The notes: a model not told the origin generated them from the letters alone. A stretch of DNA of 64,000 nt from an uncultured Bacteroidales bacterium (GCA_903945175.1 CAJAUM010000115.1:975-64974), one strand, 5' to 3'; shown: positions 37,114-47,631, numbered from the stretch's first letter. Numbers and translations are program-made.

Positions 37114-39039
37114 ATGATCGATTTCTCTTACACTGTCTGGATCCTGCTGATACCGCTGATCATGTTCGTGGTGGTTGGCCTGTTCGGGAACCGTTTTAAA
37201 CCGCTGGTCTCGGGAATCGCCGGAACTGCCGGCTTGTTTGTTATATGGATCCTGTCGCTGATCACGGCCTACAAGTACTTTTTTGTACTCGAAAAGGCTG
37301 CCGATGGTTCGTTTCAGAAATTCCTGGCGTTTAACGTGCGCTGGCTGAACCTGACCGATACCCTGCATATTGACATGGGCGTCCTTCTTGATCCAATCTC
37401 CATCATGATGCTGATCGTGATCACGACCGTATCATTTATGGTGCATGTTTATTCAATCGGATATATGGATGGAGAGAAGGGATTCATGCGCTTTTTTGCA
37501 ACCCTGTCCTTGTTCAGTTTCTCGATGCTCGGGCTGGTGGTGGCCACCAACATCTTTCAGATGTATATTTTCTGGGAGCTGGTAGGCGTTTCATCCTATC
37601 TGCTGATCGGATTTTATTATACCAGGGATTCCGCAGTTTCAGCCTCAAAAAAAGCATTTATTGTTACCCGGTTTGCTGACCTTGGATTCCTCATCGGGAT
37701 CCTGATGCTTTCCTTTGCAACCGGAACCTTCGATTTTCTGACCCTTACCGGACCGAATAGCCCTGCATTTTCCTCGGGAACCGGGATCATGTTCCTTGGA
37801 TTGTCAACCATGACCTGGTCCATGATCTTTGTCTTCATGGGAGGCGCCGGTAAATCGGCCATGTTCCCGCTGCACATCTGGCTCCCCGATGCCATGGAAG
37901 GTCCCACCCCCGTGTCGGCCCTTATCCATGCGGCCACGATGGTTGTTGCCGGGGTATACCTGGTTGCGCGATTATTCCCGATTTACGTTTTTGCCGCCCC
38001 CGTAGCCCTTGATGTGGTGATGTATGTCGGGGCGTTCAGTTCAATTTTTGCCGCCGTCATCGCCTGTACCCAGTTTGATATCAAGCGTGTTCTGGCCTAT
38101 TCCACCATGTCGCAGATTGGTTTGATGATGTTCGCCCTGGGCGTTTCAGGATACGGTGGGCACGAGGGACTCGGATACATGGCCTCCATGTTCCACCTCT
38201 TCACCCATGCATTTTTTAAATCGCTGTTATTTCTTGGCGCAGGAGCCATCATTCATGCCGTTCACAGCAATGTAATGAATGAAATGGGGGGCTTGCGGAA
38301 ACACCTTCCCATCACCCATATCACCTTTCTCATTGCGTGTCTCGCCATAGCCGGTGTTCCGCCTTTATCGGGTTTCTTCAGCAAGGACGAGATCCTGGCT
38401 GCCGGCCACGAAAGAAGTTTGATGCTATATTGGGTTGAAATGATCGTATCGGGTTTAACGGCCTTCTATATGTTCCGCCTCTATTTCTCCATCTTCTGGG
38501 GGAAAGACAGACATTATCATCACACCCCGCATGAAGGATCAAAAACGATGACCATTCCATTGATGCTCCTTGCCATTGGGGCACTCCTCTCAGGGTTGAT
38601 TCCTTTCTCACATTTTGTGACAACCGACCGTTTGCCTTTCGCTGCCCACCTCGATTACGGCATTGCCATTCCGGCTGTGCTGGTTGGATTGCTTGGGATC
38701 GGCATCGCAATGGTTTTTTACAGAAAAGAGACCGATTTACCCGACAGGATTTACAATGCGCTGGGTGGTTTCTCAAAGGCAGCCTTTCACAAATTCTACA
38801 TTGATGAGGTGTACCTTTTTATCACCAAAAAAATCATATTTAACTACATTTCACGTCCGGTCGCCTGGTTCGACCGCCACATTGTGGATGGGGCCATGAA
38901 TGGTATCTCTTTTGTCACCAATGAGGCTGCCGATCGTATCAAAAGATTTCAATCGGGGCAACTGCAGCAGTATGCGCTTGTTTTGGTTTCGGGCGTTGTG
39001 CTCCTTACCCTGTTATTCACCTATTTAATGACCAACTAA
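37114..39039 (+). CDS. nuoL: NADH-quinone oxidoreductase subunit L
   Basis: 641-aa antiporter-like subunit (WLPDAMEGPTPVSALIHAATMV). Confidence 0.95.
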   Translation: MIDFSYTVWILLIPLIMFVVVGLFGNRFKPLVSGIAGTAGLFVIWILSLITAYKYFFVLEKAADGSFQKFLAFNVRWLNLTDTLHIDMGVLLDPISIMMLIVITTVSFMVHVYSIGYMDGEKGFMRFFATLSLFSFSMLGLVVATNIFQMYIFWELVGVSSYLLIGFYYTRDSAVSASKKAFIVTRFADLGFLIGILMLSFATGTFDFLTLTGPNSPAFSSGTGIMFLGLSTMTWSMIFVFMGGAGKSAMFPLHIWLPDAMEGPTPVSALIHAATMVVAGVYLVARLFPIYVFAAPVALDVVMYVGAFSSIFAAVIACTQFDIKRVLAYSTMSQIGLMMFALGVSGYGGHEGLGYMASMFHLFTHAFFKSLLFLGAGAIIHAVHSNVMNEMGGLRKHLPITHITFLIACLAIAGVPPLSGFFSKDEILAAGHERSLMLYWVEMIVSGLTAFYMFRLYFSIFWGKDRHYHHTPHEGSKTMTIPLMLLAIGALLSGLIPFSHFVTTDRLPFAAHLDYGIAIPAVLVGLLGIGIAMVFYRKETDLPDRIYNALGGFSKAAFHKFYIDEVYLFITKKIIFNYISRPVAWFDRHIVDGAMNGISFVTNEAADRIKRFQSGQLQQYALVLVSGVVLLTLLFTYLMTN

Positions 39040-39051
39040 TACCGTAGAAGA

Positions 39052-40563
39052 ATGAGTATTCTCACGCTATTTATCATTATACCGGTTCTCACCATAATTG
39101 GTATTTTATTCAGTAAATCCCATATGCAAGTCAAATGGGTGTCGGTGGTAGGCATGGGCCTGCAGTTGCTGAGCGCCATCGGACTGATCCTGCTGTACCT
39201 GGCCGAGCGTAAAGCCGGCAACATGGCCGAAGTACTCTTCGTACAGGATAATTTATGGTATGAAACCCTCAACATCCATTTTTACGTTGGCGTTGACGGC
39301 GTATCGGTAGCCATGATCGGGCTGACAGCCCTGGTGGTATTTGCCGGGATCTTTGCAAGCTGGGATATTGTTGACCTGCCCCGCGAGTTTTTCACCTCGT
39401 TGATTCTCTTAGCCTCAGGTGTATTTGGATTCTTTATCTCCCTCGACCTTTTTACCATGTTCCTTTTTTACGAACTGGCAGTAATCCCGATGTACCTGCT
39501 CATTGGTATCTGGGGAAGCGGCCCGCGGCATTATTCAGCCATGAAGCTGACATTGATGCTTATGGGCGGCTCAGCTTTCATTCTGTTGGGCATCATCGGC
39601 ATCTATATGCACTCTGCCCCCAATGGAGGCCCGCTGACCTTTGACCTTATCAAAATCTCCAAAGAAACAATTCCCCTGGATATTCAATGCTTTCTCTTCC
39701 CCTTTCTTTTTGTGGGATTTGGCGTATTGGGCGCATTGTTCCCTTTCCACACGTGGTCGCCCGATGGTCATGCCTCGGCGCCTACTGCCGTTTCGATGCT
39801 CCATGCCGGCGTGCTGATGAAACTGGGCGGATATGGTTGCTACCGTGTTGCTGTGTTTCTCCTTCCTGCAGCAGCGCATGAGCTGGGATGGATCTTCCTG
39901 ATCCTTGCTACCATTGGCGTCATTTACGGAGCATTCGGAGCAATCTGGCAGAAAGATCTTAAATACATCAATGCCTATTCTTCGGTGAGCCATTGCGCCC
40001 TGGTGCTTTTTGCCATCCTGATGTTCAACCAGACTGCCATGAACGGCGCCATCATGCAAATGATCTCCCACGGAATCATGACAGCCCTTTTCTTTGCATT
40101 AATCGGGATGATCTATGGAAGAACCCATACGCGGTATATCAACGAGATGGGCGGACTGATGAAGGTCATGCCCTTCCTGGCTGTCGCTTACGTAATCGCC
40201 GGTTTGGCCTCCCTCGGACTCCCGGGGTTCAGCGGTTTTGTGGCGGAGATGACCATTTTCATTGGCGCTTTCCAAAATGTTGATACCTTCCATCGCGTTG
40301 CTACCATCATCGCCGCCTCATCCATTGTCGTAACGGCGGTGTACGTGCTCAGAGTGGTGGGTATTCTATTGCTGGGAAAAATAAAGAATGAACATTTTGA
40401 AGAGATCAAGGATGCCAAATGGCATGATAAAATTAGCGTGGTTACACTCATTTTCGGGATTACCCTGATCGGAATGGCGCCACTCTGGCTTTCGGATATG
40501 ATAACAGGCGGACTGGGCCCCATTGTGCAGAAATTGCTTGCCGCGGCACCGATATTACCATAA
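39052..40563 (+). CDS. nuoM: NADH-quinone oxidoreductase subunit M
   Basis: 503-aa antiporter-like subunit (HTWSPDGHASAPTAVSMLHAGVLMKLG). Confidence 0.93.
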   Translation: MSILTLFIIIPVLTIIGILFSKSHMQVKWVSVVGMGLQLLSAIGLILLYLAERKAGNMAEVLFVQDNLWYETLNIHFYVGVDGVSVAMIGLTALVVFAGIFASWDIVDLPREFFTSLILLASGVFGFFISLDLFTMFLFYELAVIPMYLLIGIWGSGPRHYSAMKLTLMLMGGSAFILLGIIGIYMHSAPNGGPLTFDLIKISKETIPLDIQCFLFPFLFVGFGVLGALFPFHTWSPDGHASAPTAVSMLHAGVLMKLGGYGCYRVAVFLLPAAAHELGWIFLILATIGVIYGAFGAIWQKDLKYINAYSSVSHCALVLFAILMFNQTAMNGAIMQMISHGIMTALFFALIGMIYGRTHTRYINEMGGLMKVMPFLAVAYVIAGLASLGLPGFSGFVAEMTIFIGAFQNVDTFHRVATIIAASSIVVTAVYVLRVVGILLLGKIKNEHFEEIKDAKWHDKISVVTLIFGITLIGMAPLWLSDMITGGLGPIVQKLLAAAPILP

Positions 40564-40613
40564 TTTACGATGTACGATTTTAGATTTATTAAGTAATTAA
40601 AAAGTTCTGAACG

Positions 40614-42023
40614 ATGTTGATAATGAGACATGAATTGCTGCTGATTGCCATCACAGTAATCTTATTGATTGTCGAAATTTTTCTGCCCAATACACAGAAG
40701 CGCAAGATCATTTTACCGGCTATCCTGTTAATGGCTGCCGTGACGGTCCTGGGATTTTTTCCGGGAACACCCGGAATCCTGTTTGGCGGTATGTTTCAAT
40801 CGTCACAACTCACCATGATGCTCAAGAATATCCTGAACATCGGTGTGCTGATCATATTTATCCAGTCGGTCGATTGGCTTAAACAAGATCAGAATAAGGA
40901 AAAGGTAAGCGAATTTTTCCTGCTGATGCTTTCAACGCTGATCGGGATGAACTTTATGATATCTTCGGGCGATTTCCTGATGTTCTACATCGGCCTGGAA
41001 TTGGCAACTATTCCGGTTGCAGCATTGGCCGCCTATGAAAGACTGAAAGAAAAATCAGCCGAGGCAGGGGTTAAACTGATCTTCATCTCTGCACTTTCGT
41101 CCGGCATTTTATTGTACGGGTTATCCATGATTTATGGTACTACAGGAACAATGTATTTCGTTGATGTAGCCCCGATGATAACCGGTGCGCCGCTGCAGGT
41201 ACTCGCCTTCATCTTCTTCTTTGCAGGCATGGCCTTTAAAATTTCCCTGGTTCCCTTCCATCTTTGGACTGCCGACGTTTATGAAGGAGCGCCTGTCAAT
41301 GTAACCTCGTATCTGTCGGTGATTTCGAAGGGAGCCGCCGTATTTATTTTCACCATCATTCTGTATACTGTATTTTCCAAGATTGCCGTGATGTGGAGTG
41401 AATTGCTCTATGTCATTACACTTCTGACCATAACGGTTGGTAACCTGTTTGCCATGCGCCAGCAGAACCTCAAGCGGTTCCTTGCTTTTTCATCCATAGC
41501 CCAGGCCGGATTCATTCTGTTGGGTGTCATCGGACAAAGCCAGCTCGGGATGACCACGGTCATTTATTTTGCCCTGGTGTACATCTTCTCTAACCTGGGA
41601 GCCTTTGGCGTGGTTGGAATTATATCAAACCGCACAGGCAAAGAGAACATCAACGATTATGACGGACTTTACCGGACCAACCCCAATCTGAGCCTGGTCA
41701 TGATGCTTGCGCTCTTTTCATTGGCCGGTATTCCACCCCTTGCAGGGTTTTTCGGAAAATTTTTCCTGTTTACAGCCGCAGCAAAACAGGGATATTACTG
41801 GCTGGTTCTCATTGCCCTTGTCAACACCATCATTTCACTATACTATTATTTACTGGTGATAAAGGCGATGTTGTTAAATAACAGCGATCAGCCAATTGCT
41901 AAATTTAAAAGCGACGGTTACACCCGGCTTGGACTACTTCTGTGTGTTGCCGGTATTGTTATCATTGGTTTTACCAGTTCAGTTTATGAGTTGGTATTCA
42001 ACCTGAGTTTTGGATTGAATTAA
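40614..42023 (+). CDS. nuoN: NADH-quinone oxidoreductase subunit N
   Basis: 469-aa antiporter-like subunit (FHLWTADVYEGAPVNVTSYLSV). Last gene of the operon. Confidence 0.92.
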   Translation: MLIMRHELLLIAITVILLIVEIFLPNTQKRKIILPAILLMAAVTVLGFFPGTPGILFGGMFQSSQLTMMLKNILNIGVLIIFIQSVDWLKQDQNKEKVSEFFLLMLSTLIGMNFMISSGDFLMFYIGLELATIPVAALAAYERLKEKSAEAGVKLIFISALSSGILLYGLSMIYGTTGTMYFVDVAPMITGAPLQVLAFIFFFAGMAFKISLVPFHLWTADVYEGAPVNVTSYLSVISKGAAVFIFTIILYTVFSKIAVMWSELLYVITLLTITVGNLFAMRQQNLKRFLAFSSIAQAGFILLGVIGQSQLGMTTVIYFALVYIFSNLGAFGVVGIISNRTGKENINDYDGLYRTNPNLSLVMMLALFSLAGIPPLAGFFGKFFLFTAAAKQGYYWLVLIALVNTIISLYYYLLVIKAMLLNNSDQPIAKFKSDGYTRLGLLLCVAGIVIIGFTSSVYELVFNLSFGLN

Positions 42024-42079
42024 TCTTCCCCGGTAAGGACAGGGTTCCCTTGTTTTTACGTTAATGAAAAAAAACCATT

Positions 42080-42409
42080 ATGGCACTGACGAAAGGAAAG
42101 CACAATATAGCCGAAATTGAAGGTATGCGTTGCAGCGTTATTGAAAATGGCGCTACCCAAGAACGGTCTCAGTTTTTAAAAGAGCTTCTCATTTTCAACG
42201 GATATGAGGTGAAGATGGAAAAGGAAAAGGCAAAGGATGGCTCTGTACTTGACACCTACGTTATCGGATTGACAGATATTCTTTTCAACGCCATGATCGT
42301 CGTGTATGAAAAGAAACTTGTCAGGAAGGATGGTCTTACAGTAACACCTGCTTACTGGAATCAATGGTCAAAGCAGGAAACCATCCCATACTGGCGTGTT
42401 CAACTGTAA
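42080..42409 (+). CDS. Hypothetical soluble protein
   Basis: 109-aa ORF immediately after nuoN. No motif recognised. Confidence 0.45.
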   Translation: MALTKGKHNIAEIEGMRCSVIENGATQERSQFLKELLIFNGYEVKMEKEKAKDGSVLDTYVIGLTDILFNAMIVVYEKKLVRKDGLTVTPAYWNQWSKQETIPYWRVQL

Positions 42410-42414
42410 TCAGC

Positions 42415-42612
42415 ATGCAAAAATTCGCCAAGTATTTCTCCTGGTTTGTCATCCTGCTTTATTTCGTTCTGGGCGTTTATATTCTTGTAAGTCCGCGATT
42501 TCAGTACCTTTCAAAGGAGATAAAAATAATTTTTGCCGTCTTCCTGTTTCTATACGGGGGATTCCGGCTTGCGCGTCTTTGGACAAAAAACAGGGAGCAA
42601 AACGAAGAATAA
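42415..42612 (+). CDS. Hypothetical small membrane protein (two TM helices)
   Basis: ATG at 42415, 5 nt after the previous stop. FSWFVILLYFVLGVYILV and IIFAVFLFLYGGFRLA helices. Confidence 0.4.
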   Translation: MQKFAKYFSWFVILLYFVLGVYILVSPRFQYLSKEIKIIFAVFLFLYGGFRLARLWTKNREQNEE

Positions 42613-42643
42613 TAAAATTTGTCCCGGGCAATAATAAATTTTA

Positions 42644-42651
42644 TACTTTTG
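42644..42651 (+). promoter_or_regulatory. -7 promoter element (TACTTTTG), with TTTG 22 nt upstream, for the PstS-like/TPR genes
   Basis: TAnnTTTG match 42 nt upstream of the ATG at 42693. TTTG at 42618-42621. Confidence 0.4.
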
Positions 42652-42692
42652 TGTTTGATCAAAAGAAACTGCTGATTTATAGCAATTAAGAG

Positions 42693-43652
42693 ATGAAGAG
42701 CCAAATTGGGAACGTATACTGGGCTACCGGCATGGCGTGGGTAACCTGCTTTCTGCTGTTTACCTCCTGTGGGGGGAATCCGAATCTTAAAAATCACGAT
42801 ACGCCTACTGCAGGAACCATCAAGGTTGGAATCGACGATTCCTATCACCTGCTGCTCGAGGCTGAGATTTTTACGTTTCAAACCGTTTATAAATATGCGC
42901 ACATTGACACGCTTTTTAAATCAGAAGCTGATGTGATCAATGATTTTATGAATGATTCGGTACCCTTGATCATTGTAAACCGGAAGCTTTCTGAACAACA
43001 AGTGGCTTATCTCAGGGAAAGGCAATACATCCCGAAAACAACCAAGATTGCCATTGATGCGGTCGCGCTGATCGTGAACAATGAAAACCCGGATACGGCG
43101 CTGTTTTATAAGACCGTTAAAGAAATTTTCCAGGGGAAAATCAAATCATGGGACCAAATTAACCCCAAGTCAAAGTTGAAGGATGTCAAGGTTGTGTTCG
43201 ACAATTTCAAATCGGGGAATCCGCGCTATTTTAAGGATAGATTTGCGCTCGATTCATTTCCATCCACCTGCTTTGCTGCCCTGACCAACTCAGAGGTGAT
43301 CAGCTATGTGGAGAAAAACAAGAATGCAATTGGGGTGATCAGTGTAAACTGGATCAGTGACCCTGCCGATACAGTTTCACATAATTTTCTGAAACGGTTT
43401 AAGGTTGTTGGCGTTGCGATGGAGGGCGACAATGATCCCGGAACTAAATTTTACAGGCCCTTCCCTGGTTATATTGCTGAAGGCTCCTATCCATTTACCC
43501 GTGACGTATTTTGCATTAACCGCCAGACCTATACCGGAATGGCACATGGTTTTTCATCGTTTCTTGCAGGTGAAAAGGGACAGCTCATTGTTCTTCATTC
43601 CGGCCTGGTTCCCGCTGCAATGCCGGTGAGATTAGTTGAAATTAAACATTAA
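42693..43652 (+). CDS. PstS-family (phosphate-binding-like) periplasmic substrate-binding lipoprotein
   Basis: Lipoprotein-like signal (LLFTSCGG) and a PBP-like fold signature (TIKVGIDDSY..., GVISVNW). Confidence 0.7.
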   Translation: MKSQIGNVYWATGMAWVTCFLLFTSCGGNPNLKNHDTPTAGTIKVGIDDSYHLLLEAEIFTFQTVYKYAHIDTLFKSEADVINDFMNDSVPLIIVNRKLSEQQVAYLRERQYIPKTTKIAIDAVALIVNNENPDTALFYKTVKEIFQGKIKSWDQINPKSKLKDVKVVFDNFKSGNPRYFKDRFALDSFPSTCFAALTNSEVISYVEKNKNAIGVISVNWISDPADTVSHNFLKRFKVVGVAMEGDNDPGTKFYRPFPGYIAEGSYPFTRDVFCINRQTYTGMAHGFSSFLAGEKGQLIVLHSGLVPAAMPVRLVEIKH

Positions 43653-43671
43653 AACAGAGGAGATACAGATT

Positions 43672-45384
43672 ATGTCGAGATTTACTAAACCGGTTGGTGT
43701 CGTTGTTGCGCTGATGCTTTTCTTTCCTTTTACTGCCAGACTTTATTCGCAGGACCTGAATGCTGCTATAAAGCTTACCAAAAGTGAACAGTTCGCTCTT
43801 GCTGCCTCGATGTTCAAACAATTGATCCAGCAAACGCCTTCCAATGGCGATATTTACTATTATTATGGCCGAAATTGTCTGGAAAAGTATAATTCGGACA
43901 CGATGAATGTATCATTTCAGGAAAAGTCCGATTCAGCGAAGGCCATCTTTGAACTTGGTATCAAACAGGATCCGACAAATCCTCTGAATTTTGTCGGTCT
44001 GGGTGGGCTCGAAATGATTAACAAAGATCTTGCGGGTGCAAAGGTTGAATTTGACAAAGCCCAGGCCCTGCTGCCATCGAAAGCAAACAAAACGATAAAG
44101 ATGCTTCCTGAGCGTCAAGCCAAAATTTTGATTCAGATTGCTGAATCATACGTCATCGCCGGTGTCAAGGACACAGCCATTGCATTTTCCTATTTGCGGA
44201 ATGCAGAAAAGCTGGATAAAAAGAACCCCGAGCTTTATATTGTCAGGGGGGATGTTTATTTTTACCTGTTGAACGATGGCTCAAAGGCAATTTCCTGTTA
44301 CAATATTGCCCAGGGACTTGATCCAAAATCGCCTGAGGCCAAACTGCGCGTCGGGCAATTGTGGCTCCGGGCAAGGCAATACACCACAGCTTTGAATTAT
44401 TACCAGGAGGTTGTTAAGATGGACTCTACCTTTGCGCCTGCATACCGTGAATTGGGCTCGTTGCTTGCACGCGCCGGCCGGCCTGAAGAGGCAAAAAAGA
44501 ATTTCGCAAAGTTTCTTGAACTCTCCCGGAATACTGCTGCCCGTAAGCAATACGTCAATACCCTCATCGAATTGAAAGATTATAAAGAGGCCATAAATCA
44601 ACTCAATATGATTCTGAAGGTCGATGATTCAGATAATGATGTCAACAGGGCTTTAGCCTATTCCTATTATGAGACCCAGAGATATGATTCAGGTCTTTTT
44701 TATATCCACAAATTCATTACGAATTCAAAACCTGAAAAGGTCCGCTCACTTGATTATACTTACTACGGGCGGCTGTTGGCAAAAACAAAACAGGATTCAC
44801 TTGCGACAGAACAACTGATGAAGGCCTATTCATTGGATACAACGAAAGTGGAGCTTGTTTCAGAAGCAGCCTTGTGTTATACCAGGGTAAAAAAGTATGA
44901 TAAGGCAAAGGAACATTATGAGCTCAAGATAGCTACCAAGAAGGGGGTTCCGATGGATTACTATAACCTGGGAAAAGTTTACTACAGCCTCCAGGATTAT
45001 GTGAATGCCGACACCAACCTCGCCATTTTCAACACCCTCCAGCCCGAATACATTCCGGGTTTTGCATGGAGGGCACGCACCAAGTCAAATCTCGATATAA
45101 AGGATCCCAAAGGGTTTAATACAACAGGATATGCGGTTCCCGTATATGAGGGGCTGATCGAAAAAACCCAATCCGATACCGTGAAATATATGAAAGAACG
45201 GTTTGAATCATTCGATTACCTGGCATTTTACCATTACAGCCAGTGGTCACGCGATCAAAAGCTCAAGGATGAAGCAGCAAAAGCACTGGATAATTACCTT
45301 AGAATGAGTATTGTAGATCCAAATAATGAAAAAGTAGTTGTGGTTAAGCCGGTCATTGATATGCTGAAAACGAAGATCAAATAA
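43672..45384 (+). CDS. Tetratricopeptide-repeat protein (exported)
   Basis: Signal peptide, then many TPR-like 34-aa units (AxxYYxxGxxxL patterns). The start was taken at the ATG at 43672. Confidence 0.8.
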   Translation: MSRFTKPVGVVVALMLFFPFTARLYSQDLNAAIKLTKSEQFALAASMFKQLIQQTPSNGDIYYYYGRNCLEKYNSDTMNVSFQEKSDSAKAIFELGIKQDPTNPLNFVGLGGLEMINKDLAGAKVEFDKAQALLPSKANKTIKMLPERQAKILIQIAESYVIAGVKDTAIAFSYLRNAEKLDKKNPELYIVRGDVYFYLLNDGSKAISCYNIAQGLDPKSPEAKLRVGQLWLRARQYTTALNYYQEVVKMDSTFAPAYRELGSLLARAGRPEEAKKNFAKFLELSRNTAARKQYVNTLIELKDYKEAINQLNMILKVDDSDNDVNRALAYSYYETQRYDSGLFYIHKFITNSKPEKVRSLDYTYYGRLLAKTKQDSLATEQLMKAYSLDTTKVELVSEAALCYTRVKKYDKAKEHYELKIATKKGVPMDYYNLGKVYYSLQDYVNADTNLAIFNTLQPEYIPGFAWRARTKSNLDIKDPKGFNTTGYAVPVYEGLIEKTQSDTVKYMKERFESFDYLAFYHYSQWSRDQKLKDEAAKALDNYLRMSIVDPNNEKVVVVKPVIDMLKTKIK

Positions 45385-45413
45385 TTACTGTTTGATTGCG
45401 TATTATATTTTTT

Positions 45414-45421
45414 TATCTTTG
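45414..45421 (+). promoter_or_regulatory. -7 promoter element (TATCTTTG), with TTTG 19 nt upstream, for exbB
   Basis: TTTG 45391-94, 19-nt spacer, then TAnnTTTG. 62 nt upstream of the exbB ATG. Confidence 0.45.
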
Positions 45422-45482
45422 TGGGCCTTTTAGTAAGAAAATCAATTAATTCATTCAATTTTTAATCTAAAACTTTTTAACG

Positions 45483-46304
45483 ATGAGCAAGACAAATAAA
45501 CAAGGCGGAGCCCTCGGTGAAGCCTTAAGGTCAGTGTTTACAGTGGGCGTTATGGTAATCGCCCTCATTATCTCCTACATCATTTACAAGTATGTGTTTG
45601 GTAATCCTCTGTTTTTTGAAGGAGGCAACCCTGAAGGAAGTCCGCTTCCAGGCAACTACCTGGCCATCATTTATAAGGGCGGTGTCATCGTTCCGTTCCT
45701 GATCGCCTTAAACCTTATTCTTGTCATCTTTGCCGTGGAACGCGGAATCGTTCTTTTCCGTGCCAAAGGAAAAGGCCGGCTCAATGTCTTTGTTAAGACC
45801 CTTCAGACAAATCTTGACAACAATAAAATTGAAGACGCCATTGTCGCCTGTGACAAACAAAGAGGTTCACTCGCCAATGTTATGAAAGCAGGCTTGCTCC
45901 GATATCGTGCCCTGCAGAATGATCAAACGCTGGAAAAAGATCAAAAGATCCTCGCCCTTCAGAAGGAATTCGAAGAGGCCTCAGCCTTAGAACTTCCGAT
46001 GTTATCGCGTAACCTCGTTATCCTGTCCACCATTGCTTCTATCTCCGTGTTAACCGGTTTGATGGGAACGGTTATTGGTATGATCAAGGCCTTCGGTGCT
46101 TTGGCTCAGGCCGGCGCTCCCGATGCACTTGCCCTTGCAAACGGTATCTCTGAGGCCCTTATCAACACCGCCTTTGGTATTTTCGGATCATTGCTGGCCA
46201 TCGTATTGTATAACTTCTATTCCACGCAGATCGACAGCTTCACCTATAAAATTGATGAAGCCGGATTCAGTCTTGTTCAGTCATTTGCCGCTGCAACCAA
46301 ATAG
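45483..46304 (+). CDS. exbB: MotA/TolQ/ExbB proton-channel protein
   Basis: Three TM helices and an LTGLMGTVIGMIKAF motif. Confidence 0.85.
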   Translation: MSKTNKQGGALGEALRSVFTVGVMVIALIISYIIYKYVFGNPLFFEGGNPEGSPLPGNYLAIIYKGGVIVPFLIALNLILVIFAVERGIVLFRAKGKGRLNVFVKTLQTNLDNNKIEDAIVACDKQRGSLANVMKAGLLRYRALQNDQTLEKDQKILALQKEFEEASALELPMLSRNLVILSTIASISVLTGLMGTVIGMIKAFGALAQAGAPDALALANGISEALINTAFGIFGSLLAIVLYNFYSTQIDSFTYKIDEAGFSLVQSFAAATK

Positions 46305-46320
46305 TTAAAAAAAGAGCTGT

Positions 46321-46956
46321 ATGCCAAAAATTAAACCACCGGCACGAAGTCCACACATAGACATGACGCCTATGGTGGATTTATTTTCCTTGCTGCTGAC
46401 ATTTTTTATGTTGACTACATCTTTCCGTCCTCAGGAAGCTGCACCCATTGAAACCCCATCTTCGGTTTCGGAAAAGCAGGCGCCTGACAATGATATCATG
46501 ACGATTTTCATTGACAAAGATGGCAGGGTTTTTTTCAACATCGACAATGGAAAAGATACCTCTACCCATTTCAGGGAAAAGTTGCTTCAGAAAATGGCCG
46601 AGCAGTATAAACTGACCTTTACACCGAAGGAACTGGATAAATTCAGCAAGATGTCCTCATTCGGCATGCCAATCAAGAATCTGAAGGCTTGGATTAATGT
46701 TAAAGATCCGAAAGATCGTGACAAATTACAGGAGGGGATTCCCACAGATTCAACTGACAACCAGCTGGCCTGGTGGGTCCGAATGGCCCGCTTAACCAAT
46801 CTGGGGGCTGAAGTTGCCATCAAGGGCGATGCTGATACCAAATACACCGACGTGAAGAAGATTATGGATCTGTTGCAGGAAAACAAGGTAAATAAATTTA
46901 ATCTCGTTACCAACCTTCTGAGAGAAGAAATCAGCCTGAAGGATATACCAAAATAG
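46321..46956 (+). CDS. exbD: ExbD/TolR-family biopolymer transport protein
   Basis: IDMTPMVDLFSLLLTFFML N-terminal motif. Confidence 0.8.
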   Translation: MPKIKPPARSPHIDMTPMVDLFSLLLTFFMLTTSFRPQEAAPIETPSSVSEKQAPDNDIMTIFIDKDGRVFFNIDNGKDTSTHFREKLLQKMAEQYKLTFTPKELDKFSKMSSFGMPIKNLKAWINVKDPKDRDKLQEGIPTDSTDNQLAWWVRMARLTNLGAEVAIKGDADTKYTDVKKIMDLLQENKVNKFNLVTNLLREEISLKDIPK

Positions 46957-46992
46957 GTAACGTGATTCTAATCCCTAAAAGATAAAACCAGT

Positions 46993-47631
46993 ATGGGTGA
47001 AATAATTGTTGAAGAAAAAGGGAAAAAGGGTGGAAAGCGTAAAGCGAAGAAACATAGCACCCGCATCGACATGACCCCCATGGTCGACCTGATGTGTTTG
47101 CTCATTACCTTCTTTATGCTTACCACGGCTTTTAGTAAGCCCAAGGTCATGGTCATTACCATGCCCGAAAAAGATACGCCAGAGGATAAAAACCGTCCGG
47201 AAATTCCGAAAAACAGAACCTTGAATATTTTGCTTACAGAAGGTCATAAGGTCTATTATTACATTGGTATTGCAGACCCCAAGAAACCTGCTGAATTGCC
47301 ACAGCTCATCAAAACCGACTTTAGTAAAGATGGGATCAGAAAGTTCTTATTGATCAAAAATAAGGATCTTTTTACCAAAATTGCCGAATATCGTGATAAC
47401 CGGGTGACCGGCAAGACGGAGGTGGCAGATACAACAGCTGATAATGCGATCAAGAAGATGAAAAAGGACGACCAAAAAGGTCCGATCGTTTTGATCAAGG
47501 CTGACGAAAATGCAAAATATAAGGACATGGTTGACATCATTGACGAAATGGCCATATGCAATATCGCCAGTTATGCCGTGGTTGATCCATCCCCAACAGA
47601 GCTGGAGATGTTGAAAAACGCTCCAAAATAA
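46993..47631 (+). CDS. exbD: ExbD/TolR-family biopolymer transport protein (second copy)
   Basis: IDMTPMVDLMCLLITFFML N-terminal motif. Confidence 0.8.
   Translation: MGEIIVEEKGKKGGKRKAKKHSTRIDMTPMVDLMCLLITFFMLTTAFSKPKVMVITMPEKDTPEDKNRPEIPKNRTLNILLTEGHKVYYYIGIADPKKPAELPQLIKTDFSKDGIRKFLLIKNKDLFTKIAEYRDNRVTGKTEVADTTADNAIKKMKKDDQKGPIVLIKADENAKYKDMVDIIDEMAICNIASYAVVDPSPTELEMLKNAPK

Noticed and set aside
40566-40579. TACGATG TACGATT between nuoM and nuoN as a tenth heptamer array
   Set aside because: It has only two units, which is within chance expectation for a short AT-rich spacer.
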